DNA from: Candidatus Kaiserbacteria bacterium
GTDB taxonomy: Bacteria; Patescibacteriota; Minisyncoccia; Phycocordibacterales; Phycocordibacteraceae
DNA length: 28,839 nucleotides
Assembly: GCA_003230945.1 (NCBI GenBank)
Contig: QIHK01000066.1
Location: 1-28,839, forward strand
Direction of reading: 5' to 3'
The notes beneath the pieces were generated by a model. The model saw only the letters and a program-made list of their open reading frames with translations. It was not told the DNA's origin and did no database searches. The position numbers and the translations under genes were made by a program. Numbering within the stretch: position 1 is the first letter of the stretch; every line of letters begins with the position of its first letter. Shown here piece after piece: positions 16,501-25,167 of this stretch.

Positions 16501-16866
16501 ATGGCTATTTTTGGAACTACTACGAAGAAGACTGAAAAGAAGGCGAAACGCCTTGTTCATGCGCGCCAGGCGAAGCCGAAGGAGGGTAAGGAACACGAGA
16601 TTATTCGCGCGCCATGGCTTTCAGAGAAGGCACTTATTGATACCAGTAGGGGTATTTATACTTTCGAAATTCCAAGAACCGCAACAAAAGCTGATGTTGC
16701 AGGTGCTATAAAAGCAATTTATAAAGTTGACGCGAGACAAGTACGTATTGTTAATCTTCCTGCAAAACGTAAACCTATGCGCGCACGTCGTGGTATGGGA
16801 AAGAGAAGTAGGCGTCGCAAGGCCTATGTGTACTTAAACGCAGGAGACACCATTCAGTTCGCATAA
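16501..16866 (+). CDS. rplW: 50S ribosomal protein L23
   Basis: PWLSEKA, YTFEI..ATK and KAYVYL..G..I motifs, at the canonical position. Confidence 0.95.
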   Translation: MAIFGTTTKKTEKKAKRLVHARQAKPKEGKEHEIIRAPWLSEKALIDTSRGIYTFEIPRTATKADVAGAIKAIYKVDARQVRIVNLPAKRKPMRARRGMGKRSRRRKAYVYLNAGDTIQFA

Positions 16867-16876
16867 TTATTTTTAT

Positions 16877-17722
16877 ATGAAAACGTATCGACCAACCACC
16901 AAGAGCCGCCGCACAATGACCACGCTTCCCTTCAAGGAGCTTCTTTCGGGTGACAAACCATACAAACCGCTTATGAAGGTGCAGAAGCGTAATGCGGGCA
17001 GAAATAATGCCGGTCGTATTACGACACGCCATCAAGGAGGTGGTCACAAGCGTCGTTACCGTGATGTTGATTTCTCGTATAACAAGAAGAATATACCGGC
17101 AAAAATAGAAACAATTGAATACGATCCATTTCGTTCAGCTTTCATTGGTATTGCTCTTTATGCTGACGGTGCACGCCGCTATGTTACGTTGCCTAAATCA
17201 ATTGCGGTTGGAGATACCTTTATCGTTTCTGAAGACGCACCTGTTACGCTGGGTAATCGTCTTCCCATTGGCAAAATGCCAGTAGGTACATTCATTTACA
17301 ATCTGGAATTACGTCCAGGTGCTGGTGCCATCCTCGCGCGAAGTGCAGGTAATCACGCAGAAGTGATTGCTCACGATGCTGGGTATGCCCAGATTAAGCT
17401 CCCTTCGACTGAAATTCGTCGTGTTTCGGACCTCTGTTGGGCATCTGTCGGTTCTGTCGGTAATAAGGAACATAACCTTGTTGTTATTGGTAAAGCAGGC
17501 CGTTCACGTTGGATGGGTATTCGGCCAACAGTTCGCGGAAATGCTATGAACCCAGTTGATCACCCGCACGGTGGCGGTGAGGGCCGACAGGGTCGTGGAC
17601 TTCGACGTGCTAAGAGTAAATGGGGAAAGCCAACTGGCAAAGGACAGAAGACACGTACACCAAAAAAATACTCAAATGTATTCATTGTCTCTCGTCGTAA
17701 GGTTGGTAAGAAACGCAGATAA
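16877..17722 (+). CDS. rplB: 50S ribosomal protein L2
   Basis: GRNNAGRITTRHQGGGHKR, IEYDPFRSA and MNPVDHPHGGGEG motifs. Confidence 0.99.
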   Translation: MKTYRPTTKSRRTMTTLPFKELLSGDKPYKPLMKVQKRNAGRNNAGRITTRHQGGGHKRRYRDVDFSYNKKNIPAKIETIEYDPFRSAFIGIALYADGARRYVTLPKSIAVGDTFIVSEDAPVTLGNRLPIGKMPVGTFIYNLELRPGAGAILARSAGNHAEVIAHDAGYAQIKLPSTEIRRVSDLCWASVGSVGNKEHNLVVIGKAGRSRWMGIRPTVRGNAMNPVDHPHGGGEGRQGRGLRRAKSKWGKPTGKGQKTRTPKKYSNVFIVSRRKVGKKRR

Positions 17723-17732
17723 TTCTCTTTTC

Positions 17733-17780
17733 AGAAAGAATAAAACCCGCGAAGTATACTTTGCGGGTTTTATTCTTTCT
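17733..17780. terminator. Bidirectional terminator between convergent rplB and the DUF3298-like gene
   Basis: agaaagaataaaacccgc / gcgggttttattctttct, an 18-bp perfect stem extendable by gaag/cttt around a TATA loop. Confidence 0.85.
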
Positions 17781-17792
17781 ATCTATTAAGAG

Positions 17793-18584
17793 TTATGGAT
17801 ATTTTTGTTTAAGAAAAGATGAGATATTTTTTGTAGGAATACGTACGGTCTGAGGCCCTACGGCGTATCCGGCTACTTGGTAGGTAGGAAAGAGAAGTAT
17901 AAGTTTATTATTATCAAAGAAAAAATTCTTGAAATTAACAGCATTTGGGCTCGTGCCATCGGTAATCATACGAGTATTTACAAGACTGGGTAATTCTTTT
18001 GTTATTGACGTATACGAGAGCGTTGAAAGGGTGTTGAGGTAATCAGTGTTACTCACAAATATATCGTTGAGAGAGAGATTAGTACCTGTTGTCGTATCAA
18101 ACACGAAAGTCTTAAAGTAAACGTTCTTGCGGGTATCTCCGGTATTTTCATAGACAGTAAAGATATATGAAAGAGTATCTCTTGATGAGCCGATAAGATA
18201 CATAATCTGTAGTGTATGTATCTTATCGGCAGATAATGCCGATGATGTTGCTCCGGTAGGCGTAATTATATTTATATGATTGTTACCTCTCTTAAATTGA
18301 GTTACGGTCTGTAATACCCAGTTTTGGATACGTGAAATTGCTTCCTTGTTTGTTTGTGTACTTACCAAGTTTGAGAGAGGTGTTGTTGTAGGGAAATTTG
18401 CGACTATCGTATAGTGCAAAGTGCGTTCCTTATAGGGACTCGTTGTAAATGAGATGTTTGTCTCGGGAGTTTTCTGGATGTAGGAAGGAGTCCCTATAGA
18501 TTTTGGATATCCCATGACATATACCACTACACCAACGGAAACAATAAGAATCGCAATTATACTAATAAGAGAAGTTCGTTTCAT
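17793..18584 (-). CDS. Membrane-anchored DUF3298/DUF4163 (RsiV/PdaC-like) extracytoplasmic protein
   Basis: N-terminal TM (MKRTSLISIIAILIVSVGVVVYVMG) and C-terminal FFFDNNKLILLFPTYQVAGYAVGPQTVRIP motif. Start 18584 lies 7 nt after TGaTATACT on the minus strand. Confidence 0.8.
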   Translation of the reverse strand: MKRTSLISIIAILIVSVGVVVYVMGYPKSIGTPSYIQKTPETNISFTTSPYKERTLHYTIVANFPTTTPLSNLVSTQTNKEAISRIQNWVLQTVTQFKRGNNHINIITPTGATSSALSADKIHTLQIMYLIGSSRDTLSYIFTVYENTGDTRKNVYFKTFVFDTTTGTNLSLNDIFVSNTDYLNTLSTLSYTSITKELPSLVNTRMITDGTSPNAVNFKNFFFDNNKLILLFPTYQVAGYAVGPQTVRIPTKNISSFLKQKYP

Positions 18585-18630
18585 ATGGTCGAGTATATCA
18601 AGTAATAATACCAATGGTATAGGTGAGAGT

Positions 18631-18659
18631 TTGACGATTTTACTATATTCCTGTATCTT
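18631..18659 (+). promoter_or_regulatory. Internal promoter restarting the S10 cluster at rpsS
   Basis: TTGACG (18631-18636) - 17 nt - TATCTT (18654-18659). Leader hairpin cccgc/gcggg at 18668-18680. Confidence 0.7.
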
Positions 18660-18694
18660 TGCGGTATCCCGCTCGGCGGGTATTCATTTGCATT

Positions 18695-19036
18695 ATGTCG
18701 CGCTCACTAAAAAAAGGTCCCTATGTGGACATCAAACTCCTCAAGAAAATCGCTGATAAAAAACCTGCGGAATCGGAGGTAATTAATACGTGGGCGCGTG
18801 GAAGTCAGATTAGTCCAGAGATGGTAGGTTTCACCTTTGGTGTACATAATGGCAAACAGCATATCGAAGTACTCGTTTCTGAGGAAATGGTGGGACATCG
18901 CCTTGGCGAATTCTCTCCTACTAAGAAGTTTGTTCGTCATGGAGGTAAGATGCAGAAAGAAATGGAGAAGAAGCGACAAGAATCAGAAATCGCTGCTGCA
19001 AAAGCCGCTAAAGCTGCCCCAGCTGCTAAAAAGTAA
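18695..19036 (+). CDS. rpsS: 30S ribosomal protein S19 (Lys/Ala-rich C-terminal extension)
   Basis: [20 protein letters not shown] and [10 protein letters not shown]. The start is at 18695. Confidence 0.98.
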   Translation: MSRSLKKGPYVDIKLLKKIADKKPAESEVINTWARGSQISPEMVGFTFGVHNGKQHIEVLVSEEMVGHRLGEFSPTKKFVRHGGKMQKEMEKKRQESEIAAAKAAKAAPAAKK

Positions 19037-19072
19037 TACAAAGAGGCGTATTACACGAGAGATAAGACAATT

Positions 19073-19498
19073 ATGGCAAACACTCCAATTAAAACTGAAA
19101 ATAAATCTGTCGATCGAGCAAAAAGCCCGATAAGTGAGACAATGCCCCGCGAGGTGAGTGCAATACTTGAAAGTCATAACCAACCAGAACGTAAGGTACG
19201 TCTTGTTGCAAGGCTTGTGGAAGGAAAGAAAGTTTCAGTTGCACTTTCTATTCTTTCGTTTCTTCCAAAGCGTGCTGCTGCCCCTATGAAAAAACTTATT
19301 GAGAGTGCCGTAGCAAATGCAAAGCAACAAGGAGAGGATACCGATACCCTTCAGATAAAATCTGTTGTAGTTGAGAATGCTGGTATGTTGAAGCGCTATA
19401 TGCCACGAGCCTTTGGTCGTGCCTCCCTTATTCGTCACCGCAAGAGTCGCATAATTGTGACCCTTGCTTCGGCTGGACTAAAGCTTAAACAAGGCTAA
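19073..19498 (+). CDS. rplV: 50S ribosomal protein L22
   Basis: RKVRLVA, KKLIESAVANA and PRAFGRA motifs. An alternative start is at 19142. Confidence 0.95.
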   Translation: MANTPIKTENKSVDRAKSPISETMPREVSAILESHNQPERKVRLVARLVEGKKVSVALSILSFLPKRAAAPMKKLIESAVANAKQQGEDTDTLQIKSVVVENAGMLKRYMPRAFGRASLIRHRKSRIIVTLASAGLKLKQG

Positions 19499-19510
19499 TA
19501 ATTTTATACT

Positions 19511-20215
19511 ATGACGCACACCGTACATCCTTATGCACATCGTCTCGGCATTATCCGAGATTGGAAGAGTCGCTGGTTTGCGTCAGATAAGAAGAGTTTT
19601 CGTGAAAATATCGCCACCGACGAGGCTATAAGACGTTTTCTTACGAAGCGTTTACGTGGGACTCATACTTCCGGTATTGAAATTGAGCGTTCGGCAACTG
19701 AACTGCGTATTATTATCTCAACAGCCCGTCCTGGTCTCGTTATTGGTCGCTCAGGTGAAAATGCCACAAAGTTACGCAAAGAACTTGCTCGTGTGGTGAA
19801 GAAAATTGCTCCTACGGATGGCCGAACGCTTAAACTCGATATCAATGAGATTCGCCAGCCGGAAACGGATGCTGGTGTTGTAGCTTATATGATTGCTGAA
19901 GGTCTCGAGAAACGGATGCCGTTTCGTCGAGTACTCAAAGCAACGGTTGAAAAAGTTATAGCAGCTCGCGAAGTTGAGGGTGTCCGTATTGCCATTGCTG
20001 GTCGTCTTGGTGGTGCAGAAATGAGTCGCAAAGAAGAGCTCAAAAAAGGTCGTATTCCACTACAGACATTTCGTGCAGACATTGATTTTGCTCACGAGCA
20101 GGCTTATCTACCGTACGGTGTTATTGGTATTAAAGTTTGGATTTTCCGCGGTAATATCTTTCAAGATAAAAAAGCACCAGCACGTGCACTCAATCAATCA
20201 CCAGCACGTGGCTAA
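19511..20215 (+). CDS. rpsC: 30S ribosomal protein S3
   Basis: VHPYAHRLGIIRDWKSRWF, ARPGLVIG, AGRLGGAEMSR and YGVIGIKVWIF motifs. Confidence 0.99.
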   Translation: MTHTVHPYAHRLGIIRDWKSRWFASDKKSFRENIATDEAIRRFLTKRLRGTHTSGIEIERSATELRIIISTARPGLVIGRSGENATKLRKELARVVKKIAPTDGRTLKLDINEIRQPETDAGVVAYMIAEGLEKRMPFRRVLKATVEKVIAAREVEGVRIAIAGRLGGAEMSRKEELKKGRIPLQTFRADIDFAHEQAYLPYGVIGIKVWIFRGNIFQDKKAPARALNQSPARG

Positions 20216-20226
20216 CTCTTTTAACT

Positions 20227-20646
20227 ATGTTATTTCCAAAGAAAGTAAAGCATCGTAAGTGGCAAACACAGCGCAAAAGTAAAAAGCGTTTGAATCGTCC
20301 AGACACACGCGGTACTGATATAGCATTTGGTGCGTACGCTCTTAAAGCAACAACAGCGGCACGAATGACGAGTAATCAGATTGAAGCGGCACGAAAAGTG
20401 CTTACTCGCCATACTGCGAAGGTAGGAAAACTTTGGATTCGTATTTTCCCGGATCGTCCAGTAACGGCGAAAGCGGCGGAAGTGGGCATGGGAAAAGGAA
20501 AAGGCGATCCAAAGCACTATGTGTTTGAAGTACGTCCAGGACGAATCCTTTTTGAGTTGGATGGTGTTTCAGAAGAGATTGCCCGCACTGCGCTACGCAA
20601 GGCAGGTATGAAACTTCCTATGAGAACTAAAATCGTTACCCGCTAG
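20227..20646 (+). CDS. rplP: 50S ribosomal protein L16
   Basis: MLFPKKVKHRK, QIEAAR, LWIRIFPD and MGKGKG motifs. Confidence 0.99.
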   Translation: MLFPKKVKHRKWQTQRKSKKRLNRPDTRGTDIAFGAYALKATTAARMTSNQIEAARKVLTRHTAKVGKLWIRIFPDRPVTAKAAEVGMGKGKGDPKHYVFEVRPGRILFELDGVSEEIARTALRKAGMKLPMRTKIVTR

Positions 20647-20665
20647 TTGCGTTTATTTAAATTAT

Positions 20666-20866
20666 ATGGCAAAGAAAGAAGACATGACGAAGAAAACGGA
20701 TCAGGAGCTCACTAAGATGCTCGTGGAGCAACGCGCGCATTTGCGTAGTGTACGCTTCGCGGCAGCGGGTGCTAAACCAAAAGATTCAAGTGTTGCAAAG
20801 AAAATACGTATAATTATCGCTCGCATTTTAACTGAACAACACGCTCGTGTACTTCACGTATCATAA
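20666..20866 (+). CDS. rpmC: 50S ribosomal protein L29
   Basis: 66 aa with LRSVRF and KKIRIIIARILT, between rplP and rpsQ. Confidence 0.9.
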   Translation: MAKKEDMTKKTDQELTKMLVEQRAHLRSVRFAAAGAKPKDSSVAKKIRIIIARILTEQHARVLHVS

Positions 20867-20871
20867 TTACT

Positions 20872-21138
20872 ATGAAAACTACTTCAATAACCCACAAACA
20901 AACTTTTACTGGCGTTGTCGTTAAGACGGCAATGAAGGATACTATCACTGTCCGTGTCGATCGTTTTGTGAAGCATCCAAAATACAAGAAGTATCAAACA
21001 CTTTCGAAGAACCATCTTGTACACAATCCAGATAACACCGCAGTGGTTGGTGACACAGTCACTATTGTGAGTGTGAAGCCAGTTTCGAAATTGAAATGCT
21101 TCGCCGTACAGTCTGTGTCATCTAAAAGCAAAAAATAA
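20872..21138 (+). CDS. rpsQ: 30S ribosomal protein S17
   Basis: GVVVKTAMKDTITV, HPKYKK and KPVSKLK motifs. Confidence 0.97.
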   Translation: MKTTSITHKQTFTGVVVKTAMKDTITVRVDRFVKHPKYKKYQTLSKNHLVHNPDNTAVVGDTVTIVSVKPVSKLKCFAVQSVSSKSKK

Positions 21139-21139
21139 C

Positions 21140-21517
21140 ATGTTACAACCACAATCAATCGTTACCATAGCAGACAACTCCGGCGGTAAAGTCGCTCGGA
21201 TTTTTAAGGTCTTGGGTGGCAGTAAACGCCGTTATGCCCGTATAGGAGATACTGTTGTGGTCTCTATTCAAACAGCTGAACCACGTAAAGCGGTAAAGAA
21301 AAAAGATATTTGTCGTGGCGTAGTAGTACGTCAAAAAAAATCATTTGGGCGGAAAGACGGGTCCTATATTCGTTTTGATGAAAATGCTATTGTGCTTGTC
21401 GAGAAGCAGGGGAAAGAAATGGCTCCAAAAGGAAACCGCGTCTTTGGTCCAGTCCCGCGTGAGCTCACTGAGCTTGGTTGGCATGCTATTGCCTCTATGG
21501 CTCCAGAAGTCGTCTAA
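21140..21517 (+). CDS. rplN: 50S ribosomal protein L14
   Basis: ADNSGGK, DGSYIRFDENA and RVFGPVPREL motifs. Confidence 0.99.
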   Translation: MLQPQSIVTIADNSGGKVARIFKVLGGSKRRYARIGDTVVVSIQTAEPRKAVKKKDICRGVVVRQKKSFGRKDGSYIRFDENAIVLVEKQGKEMAPKGNRVFGPVPRELTELGWHAIASMAPEVV

Positions 21518-21527
21518 TATTTTCATT

Positions 21528-21746
21528 ATGCATGTAAAAAAAGGAGACAAAGTTATCGTTATTTCAGGCAAGGACAAAGGAAAGTCCGGAGAAATTGTCC
21601 GTGCTCTTCCTAAAGTAGGGAAAGTAATTATTGATGGTGTTGCCGTTGCTAAACGCTCTATGAAGGGTAAGAGCGGGGAGGTAGGGCGTATTATTGAGCG
21701 TTCTATGCCGATTGATGCATCGAATGTTGCTAAAATTTCAACATAA
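21528..21746 (+). CDS. rplX: 50S ribosomal protein L24 (short, 72 aa)
   Basis: MHVKKGDKVIVISGKDKGKSG KOW motif and PIDASNV. The start is at 21528. Confidence 0.95.
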   Translation: MHVKKGDKVIVISGKDKGKSGEIVRALPKVGKVIIDGVAVAKRSMKGKSGEVGRIIERSMPIDASNVAKIST

Positions 21747-21751
21747 AGCGT

Positions 21752-22306
21752 ATGAATATCACTAAAGAACGACAAAAAACATCTTATCTCGCACTTGCGA
21801 AACAATTTGGGTACACGAGTTCTATGCAATGCCCTCATATAGAAAAAATTATTGTTTCTACTGGTGTTGGTAAGAAACGCGATAAGAAAGTAATTGAGAC
21901 TATTAAAAACCGCCTCACAAAGATAACTGGACAGAAACCAAGTCCTCGTCCAGCACGCATGTCTATTGCGTCTTTTAAGGTACGTGAAGGCGATATTATA
22001 GGACTTCAGACAACGCTTCGCGGAGCTCGTATGTATGACTTCATCGATAAACTCATACACATTGCTATTCCACGTACAAGAGACTTTCGTGGTCTTAAGG
22101 CGACTGCCATTGATGAAATGGGGAATCTTACTATTGGCATTCGAGAGAATACTATTTTCCCGGAGATGGGAGATGAAGATATGAGAGATGTCTTCAGTTT
22201 GGCAGTTACCATTGTGACCAACTGCAAGACAAAAGAGGAGGCTGAAGCATTTTTCCGTCATATTGGTATGCCGTTACGTGTGCATAAAGAAAAAAAGAAG
22301 AACTAA
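21752..22306 (+). CDS. rplE: 50S ribosomal protein L5
   Basis: ITGQKP, SIASFKVREG, TLRGARMYDF, PRTRDFRG and GNLTIGI motifs. Confidence 0.99.
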   Translation: MNITKERQKTSYLALAKQFGYTSSMQCPHIEKIIVSTGVGKKRDKKVIETIKNRLTKITGQKPSPRPARMSIASFKVREGDIIGLQTTLRGARMYDFIDKLIHIAIPRTRDFRGLKATAIDEMGNLTIGIRENTIFPEMGDEDMRDVFSLAVTIVTNCKTKEEAEAFFRHIGMPLRVHKEKKKN

Positions 22307-22323
22307 CGCAGATTACATTTTGT

Positions 22324-22370
22324 TCGTATAGAAATACGGCGACCCGCAAGGTCGCCGTATTTCTATACGA
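22324..22370. terminator. 21-bp perfect inverted repeat after rplE (probable terminator)
   Basis: tcgtatagaaatacggcgacc / cgcaa / ggtcgccgtatttctatacga. Confidence 0.7.
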
Positions 22371-22463
22371 TATGCTGTATGAGAATTATTACCTTACTTT
22401 GTTTCAGATACTCTCTGAAATTTATATATGATTATATTGCCTATATAGTTATGTTTGGTGCGT

Positions 22464-22492
22464 TTGACGCCGTAAAGTCTTGGTGATACAGT
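22464..22492 (+). promoter_or_regulatory. Internal promoter restarting the spc cluster at rpsN
   Basis: TTGACG (22464-22469) - 17 nt - extended -10 TGaTACAGT (-10 at 22487-22492). Confidence 0.7.
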
Positions 22493-22523
22493 AGTCCCAC
22501 GCTCGTTCGGAGCTTTATTTTTT

Positions 22524-22793
22524 ATGGCTAAGAAATCACAACTCGCTCGTCTCATTAAGAGACAACGCCTCGTCAAAAAGTATGCTGTAAAGCGTGCTGA
22601 ATTAAAGGCGGCTGGTGATTCTGAGGGCCTTCAGAAGCTTCCGAAGAATTCTTCTCCAACTCGTTTAAAAAATCGCTGTGCCATATCTGGCCGTTCTCGC
22701 GGGTATCTTCGTATATTCGGTATTTCTCGTATTGAGTTTCGAAACTTGGCCCGTGAAGGTAAGATACCCGGAGTAAAAAAAGCATCATGGTAA
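22524..22793 (+). CDS. rpsN: 30S ribosomal protein S14, 89-aa Zn-independent (C-minus) type
   Basis: [27 protein letters not shown] and IPGVKKASW. Only one Cys is present. Confidence 0.97.
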   Translation: MAKKSQLARLIKRQRLVKKYAVKRAELKAAGDSEGLQKLPKNSSPTRLKNRCAISGRSRGYLRIFGISRIEFRNLAREGKIPGVKKASW

Positions 22794-23179
22794 CCGACCG
22801 TGTAGGTGATTTCATAATTCGTCTCAAGAATGCCGCAATGATTGGCAAGCGTGAGGTGGTACTCCCATACTCCGCCTATATCGTTGCCATAGCAAAAAAA
22901 CTTAAAGAGCTTGGTTTTCTTACTGAAATAAAGGTAAGTGATGATGAACACAAAACACTTAAAGTGATGCTCGCTTTTAATGAAAAAGGTGAATCAAAAC
23001 TTCGCGGTGTTCGCCGTGTCAGTAAACCTGGTCGTCGCTTGTACGCAGGTCACACTCATGCGCACACCGTTAAAGGAGGAACAGGTGCACGTATCCTATC
23101 CTCATCTTCTGGCATTATCTCAGATAGCGAGGCACGTAAAAATCGCATTGGTGGTGAGGAACTTTTTGAAATTTGGTAA
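22787..23179 (+). CDS. rpsH: 30S ribosomal protein S8
   Basis: [31 protein letters not shown] and GGEELFEIW motifs. Confidence 0.98.
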   Translation: MVTDRVGDFIIRLKNAAMIGKREVVLPYSAYIVAIAKKLKELGFLTEIKVSDDEHKTLKVMLAFNEKGESKLRGVRRVSKPGRRLYAGHTHAHTVKGGTGARILSSSSGIISDSEARKNRIGGEELFEIW

Positions 23180-23181
23180 TT

Positions 23182-23712
23182 ATGAGTCGTCTTGCAAAAA
23201 AACCAATAGTTGTAGGTAAAGCTGACGTGTCCGTCAGTGGGGATACTCTCACCGTAAAGGGGCCAAAAGCAACACTTACAAAGCAAGTGCATCCATCTAT
23301 ACTCATTACCGTAGATACTGATTCTGTTTTAGTTTCATCTAAAGACCGTTCACGTCTTGCTAAAGCACTTACGGGTACGTATGCATCACATGTACGAAAC
23401 ATGATTCAGGGTGTGCAGACTCCGTATATAAAAAAGCTCATTCTCGAAGGAGTCGGTTTCCGTGTTGAAATTAAAGGGACACAGCTCGTACTCACTGTTG
23501 GTTTTTCTCACCTTGTTATGCTTGATATTCCTGAGGACGTTGCTACTAAAGTAGAAAAGAATATCATTACGCTCGAGAGTTCAAATAAAGAGTCTGTCGG
23601 ACAATTTGCAGCAAATATTCGCCGTGTAAAACCACCAGAACCGTATCTTGGGAAAGGTATTCATTACGAAGGTGAAGTTATTCGCCGTAAACAGGGAAAG
23701 AAAGCCGTCTAA
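23182..23712 (+). CDS. rplF: 50S ribosomal protein L6
   Basis: MSRLAKKP, VKGPK, GQFAANIR and PPEPYLGKGI motifs. Confidence 0.98.
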   Translation: MSRLAKKPIVVGKADVSVSGDTLTVKGPKATLTKQVHPSILITVDTDSVLVSSKDRSRLAKALTGTYASHVRNMIQGVQTPYIKKLILEGVGFRVEIKGTQLVLTVGFSHLVMLDIPEDVATKVEKNIITLESSNKESVGQFAANIRRVKPPEPYLGKGIHYEGEVIRRKQGKKAV

Positions 23713-23725
23713 CCCATCCATTAAT

Positions 23726-24076
23726 ATGAAACACATTCTTCCTACTAAAAATAATCTTCGTATTCGCCGTCATATGCGTGTACGTTCACAGATCGCTGGC
23801 ACTGCAGAGCGCCCGCGCCTCACGGTTTTTAGAAGTAATCGTTTTATATCAGCACAGATTATTGATGACGAAATAGGAAAAACTATTGTGTCAGCACATG
23901 GTCGTGAGAGTGGCGGTGCACAAATGGTTCAAGCAAAGGTAGTGGGCAGTTCTATCGCCAAGAGGGCGAAGAAGGCTGGGATTGATATGATTGTTTTCGA
24001 TCGAAGTGGTTATCAATACGCCGGACAAATAAAAACTCTTGCCGAAGCGGTACGTGCGGAAGGAATCACTTTCTAA
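23726..24076 (+). CDS. rplR: 50S ribosomal protein L18
   Basis: RPRLTVFRSN, AQIIDD, FDRSGYQYAG and LAEAVR..G..F. The start is at 23726. Confidence 0.97.
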   Translation: MKHILPTKNNLRIRRHMRVRSQIAGTAERPRLTVFRSNRFISAQIIDDEIGKTIVSAHGRESGGAQMVQAKVVGSSIAKRAKKAGIDMIVFDRSGYQYAGQIKTLAEAVRAEGITF

Positions 24077-24080
24077 TACT

Positions 24081-24695
24081 ATGACTACAACAACTATGGA
24101 AAAGCAGGATACAAAACAAGAAGGCGCCACTACACCGGGAAAAACTGAAAAACCGGTAACAGAATCGCCACCAGTTGCGCCCCACAGTAGCAAGGGCCGT
24201 GGCTCTGTTCGTGGTCGTACAGAACGCCCACGTCGCGCGCGTGCTCGCACACCACGCCCGCGTGGCGAGTTTGAGCAGGTGACCATTGATGCACGCCGTG
24301 TAGCGCGAGTTATGGCAGGTGGACGACGTTTTAGTTTTAGTCTTGTAGTTGCTATTGGTGATAAAAAGGGGCGTGTTGGTGTTGGTATCGGTAAAGGAGT
24401 TGATACGGCACTCGCTATTGATAAAGCCGTTCGTGATGCTAAGAAACATCTTTTTACCGTTCCTCGCACCTCTTCAGGATCAATTCTGTATTCAGTAAAA
24501 ACAAAATATGTTTCTTCTATAGTTGAAATCATTCCAAGTCCAGGACGCGGTCTTGTGGCAGGCAGTGCTATGCGTGTTGTGCTTGATCTCGCTGGTGTGA
24601 CTGATGTGGTTACAAAAATTCATTCCCGTTCAAAAAATAAACTCAATATCGCTCGTGCAACAATTCAAGCACTCAAAGAGCTTAGTACCCGTTAA
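24081..24695 (+). CDS. rpsE: 30S ribosomal protein S5 (long N-terminal extension)
   Basis: RVARVMAGGRRFSF, GRVGVGIGK, GLVAGSAMR and SKNKLN..RAT. The start is at 24081. Confidence 0.98.
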   Translation: MTTTTMEKQDTKQEGATTPGKTEKPVTESPPVAPHSSKGRGSVRGRTERPRRARARTPRPRGEFEQVTIDARRVARVMAGGRRFSFSLVVAIGDKKGRVGVGIGKGVDTALAIDKAVRDAKKHLFTVPRTSSGSILYSVKTKYVSSIVEIIPSPGRGLVAGSAMRVVLDLAGVTDVVTKIHSRSKNKLNIARATIQALKELSTR

Positions 24696-24704
24696 TGTTT
24701 TTCT

Positions 24705-25166
24705 ATGCAACTCAACACACTTATTCCTCGTACTAAAAATTTCAAACCGGCACCAGTCGGTCGTGGTGGTACTCGTGGAAAAACTTCTGGCCGTGGTGGC
24801 AAAGGACAAACGGCACGTGCCGGACATAAAATTCGTCCAGAAGCACGTGATCTCATTAAGAAACTTCCAAAACTTCGCGGACATGGAAAGAATCGTTCAC
24901 GTACCGTTCGTACAAATCGAATTCCGGCAACTGCTGTTTCGCTCACTTCTCTTGAAGTAGCTTATAAAGCAGGAGAGACAGTGTCACCGGCAACATTAGT
25001 TGCAAAAGGAGTTGTACGACGTGCGAAGGGTCGTCCGCCAGTCGTTAAAATAGTTGCTACTGGTAAAATTACCAAAGCACTTATTATCGAAAAGTGCGGC
25101 CTTTCAGAAACTGCTCGTGTAGCCCTTACAAAAGCAGGTTCTACAATGGGAGAGACGATAAAATAA
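24705..25166 (+). CDS. rplO: 50S ribosomal protein L15
   Basis: GRGGTRGKTSGRGGKGQTARAG and KKLPKLRG motifs. Confidence 0.97.
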   Translation: MQLNTLIPRTKNFKPAPVGRGGTRGKTSGRGGKGQTARAGHKIRPEARDLIKKLPKLRGHGKNRSRTVRTNRIPATAVSLTSLEVAYKAGETVSPATLVAKGVVRRAKGRPPVVKIVATGKITKALIIEKCGLSETARVALTKAGSTMGETIK

Positions 25167-25167
25167 A

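Noticed and set aside
8313-18694. Mobile element (IS, integrase, prophage) responsible for the insertions
   Set aside because: No transposase or integrase motifs, terminal inverted repeats or target-site duplications were identified by eye.
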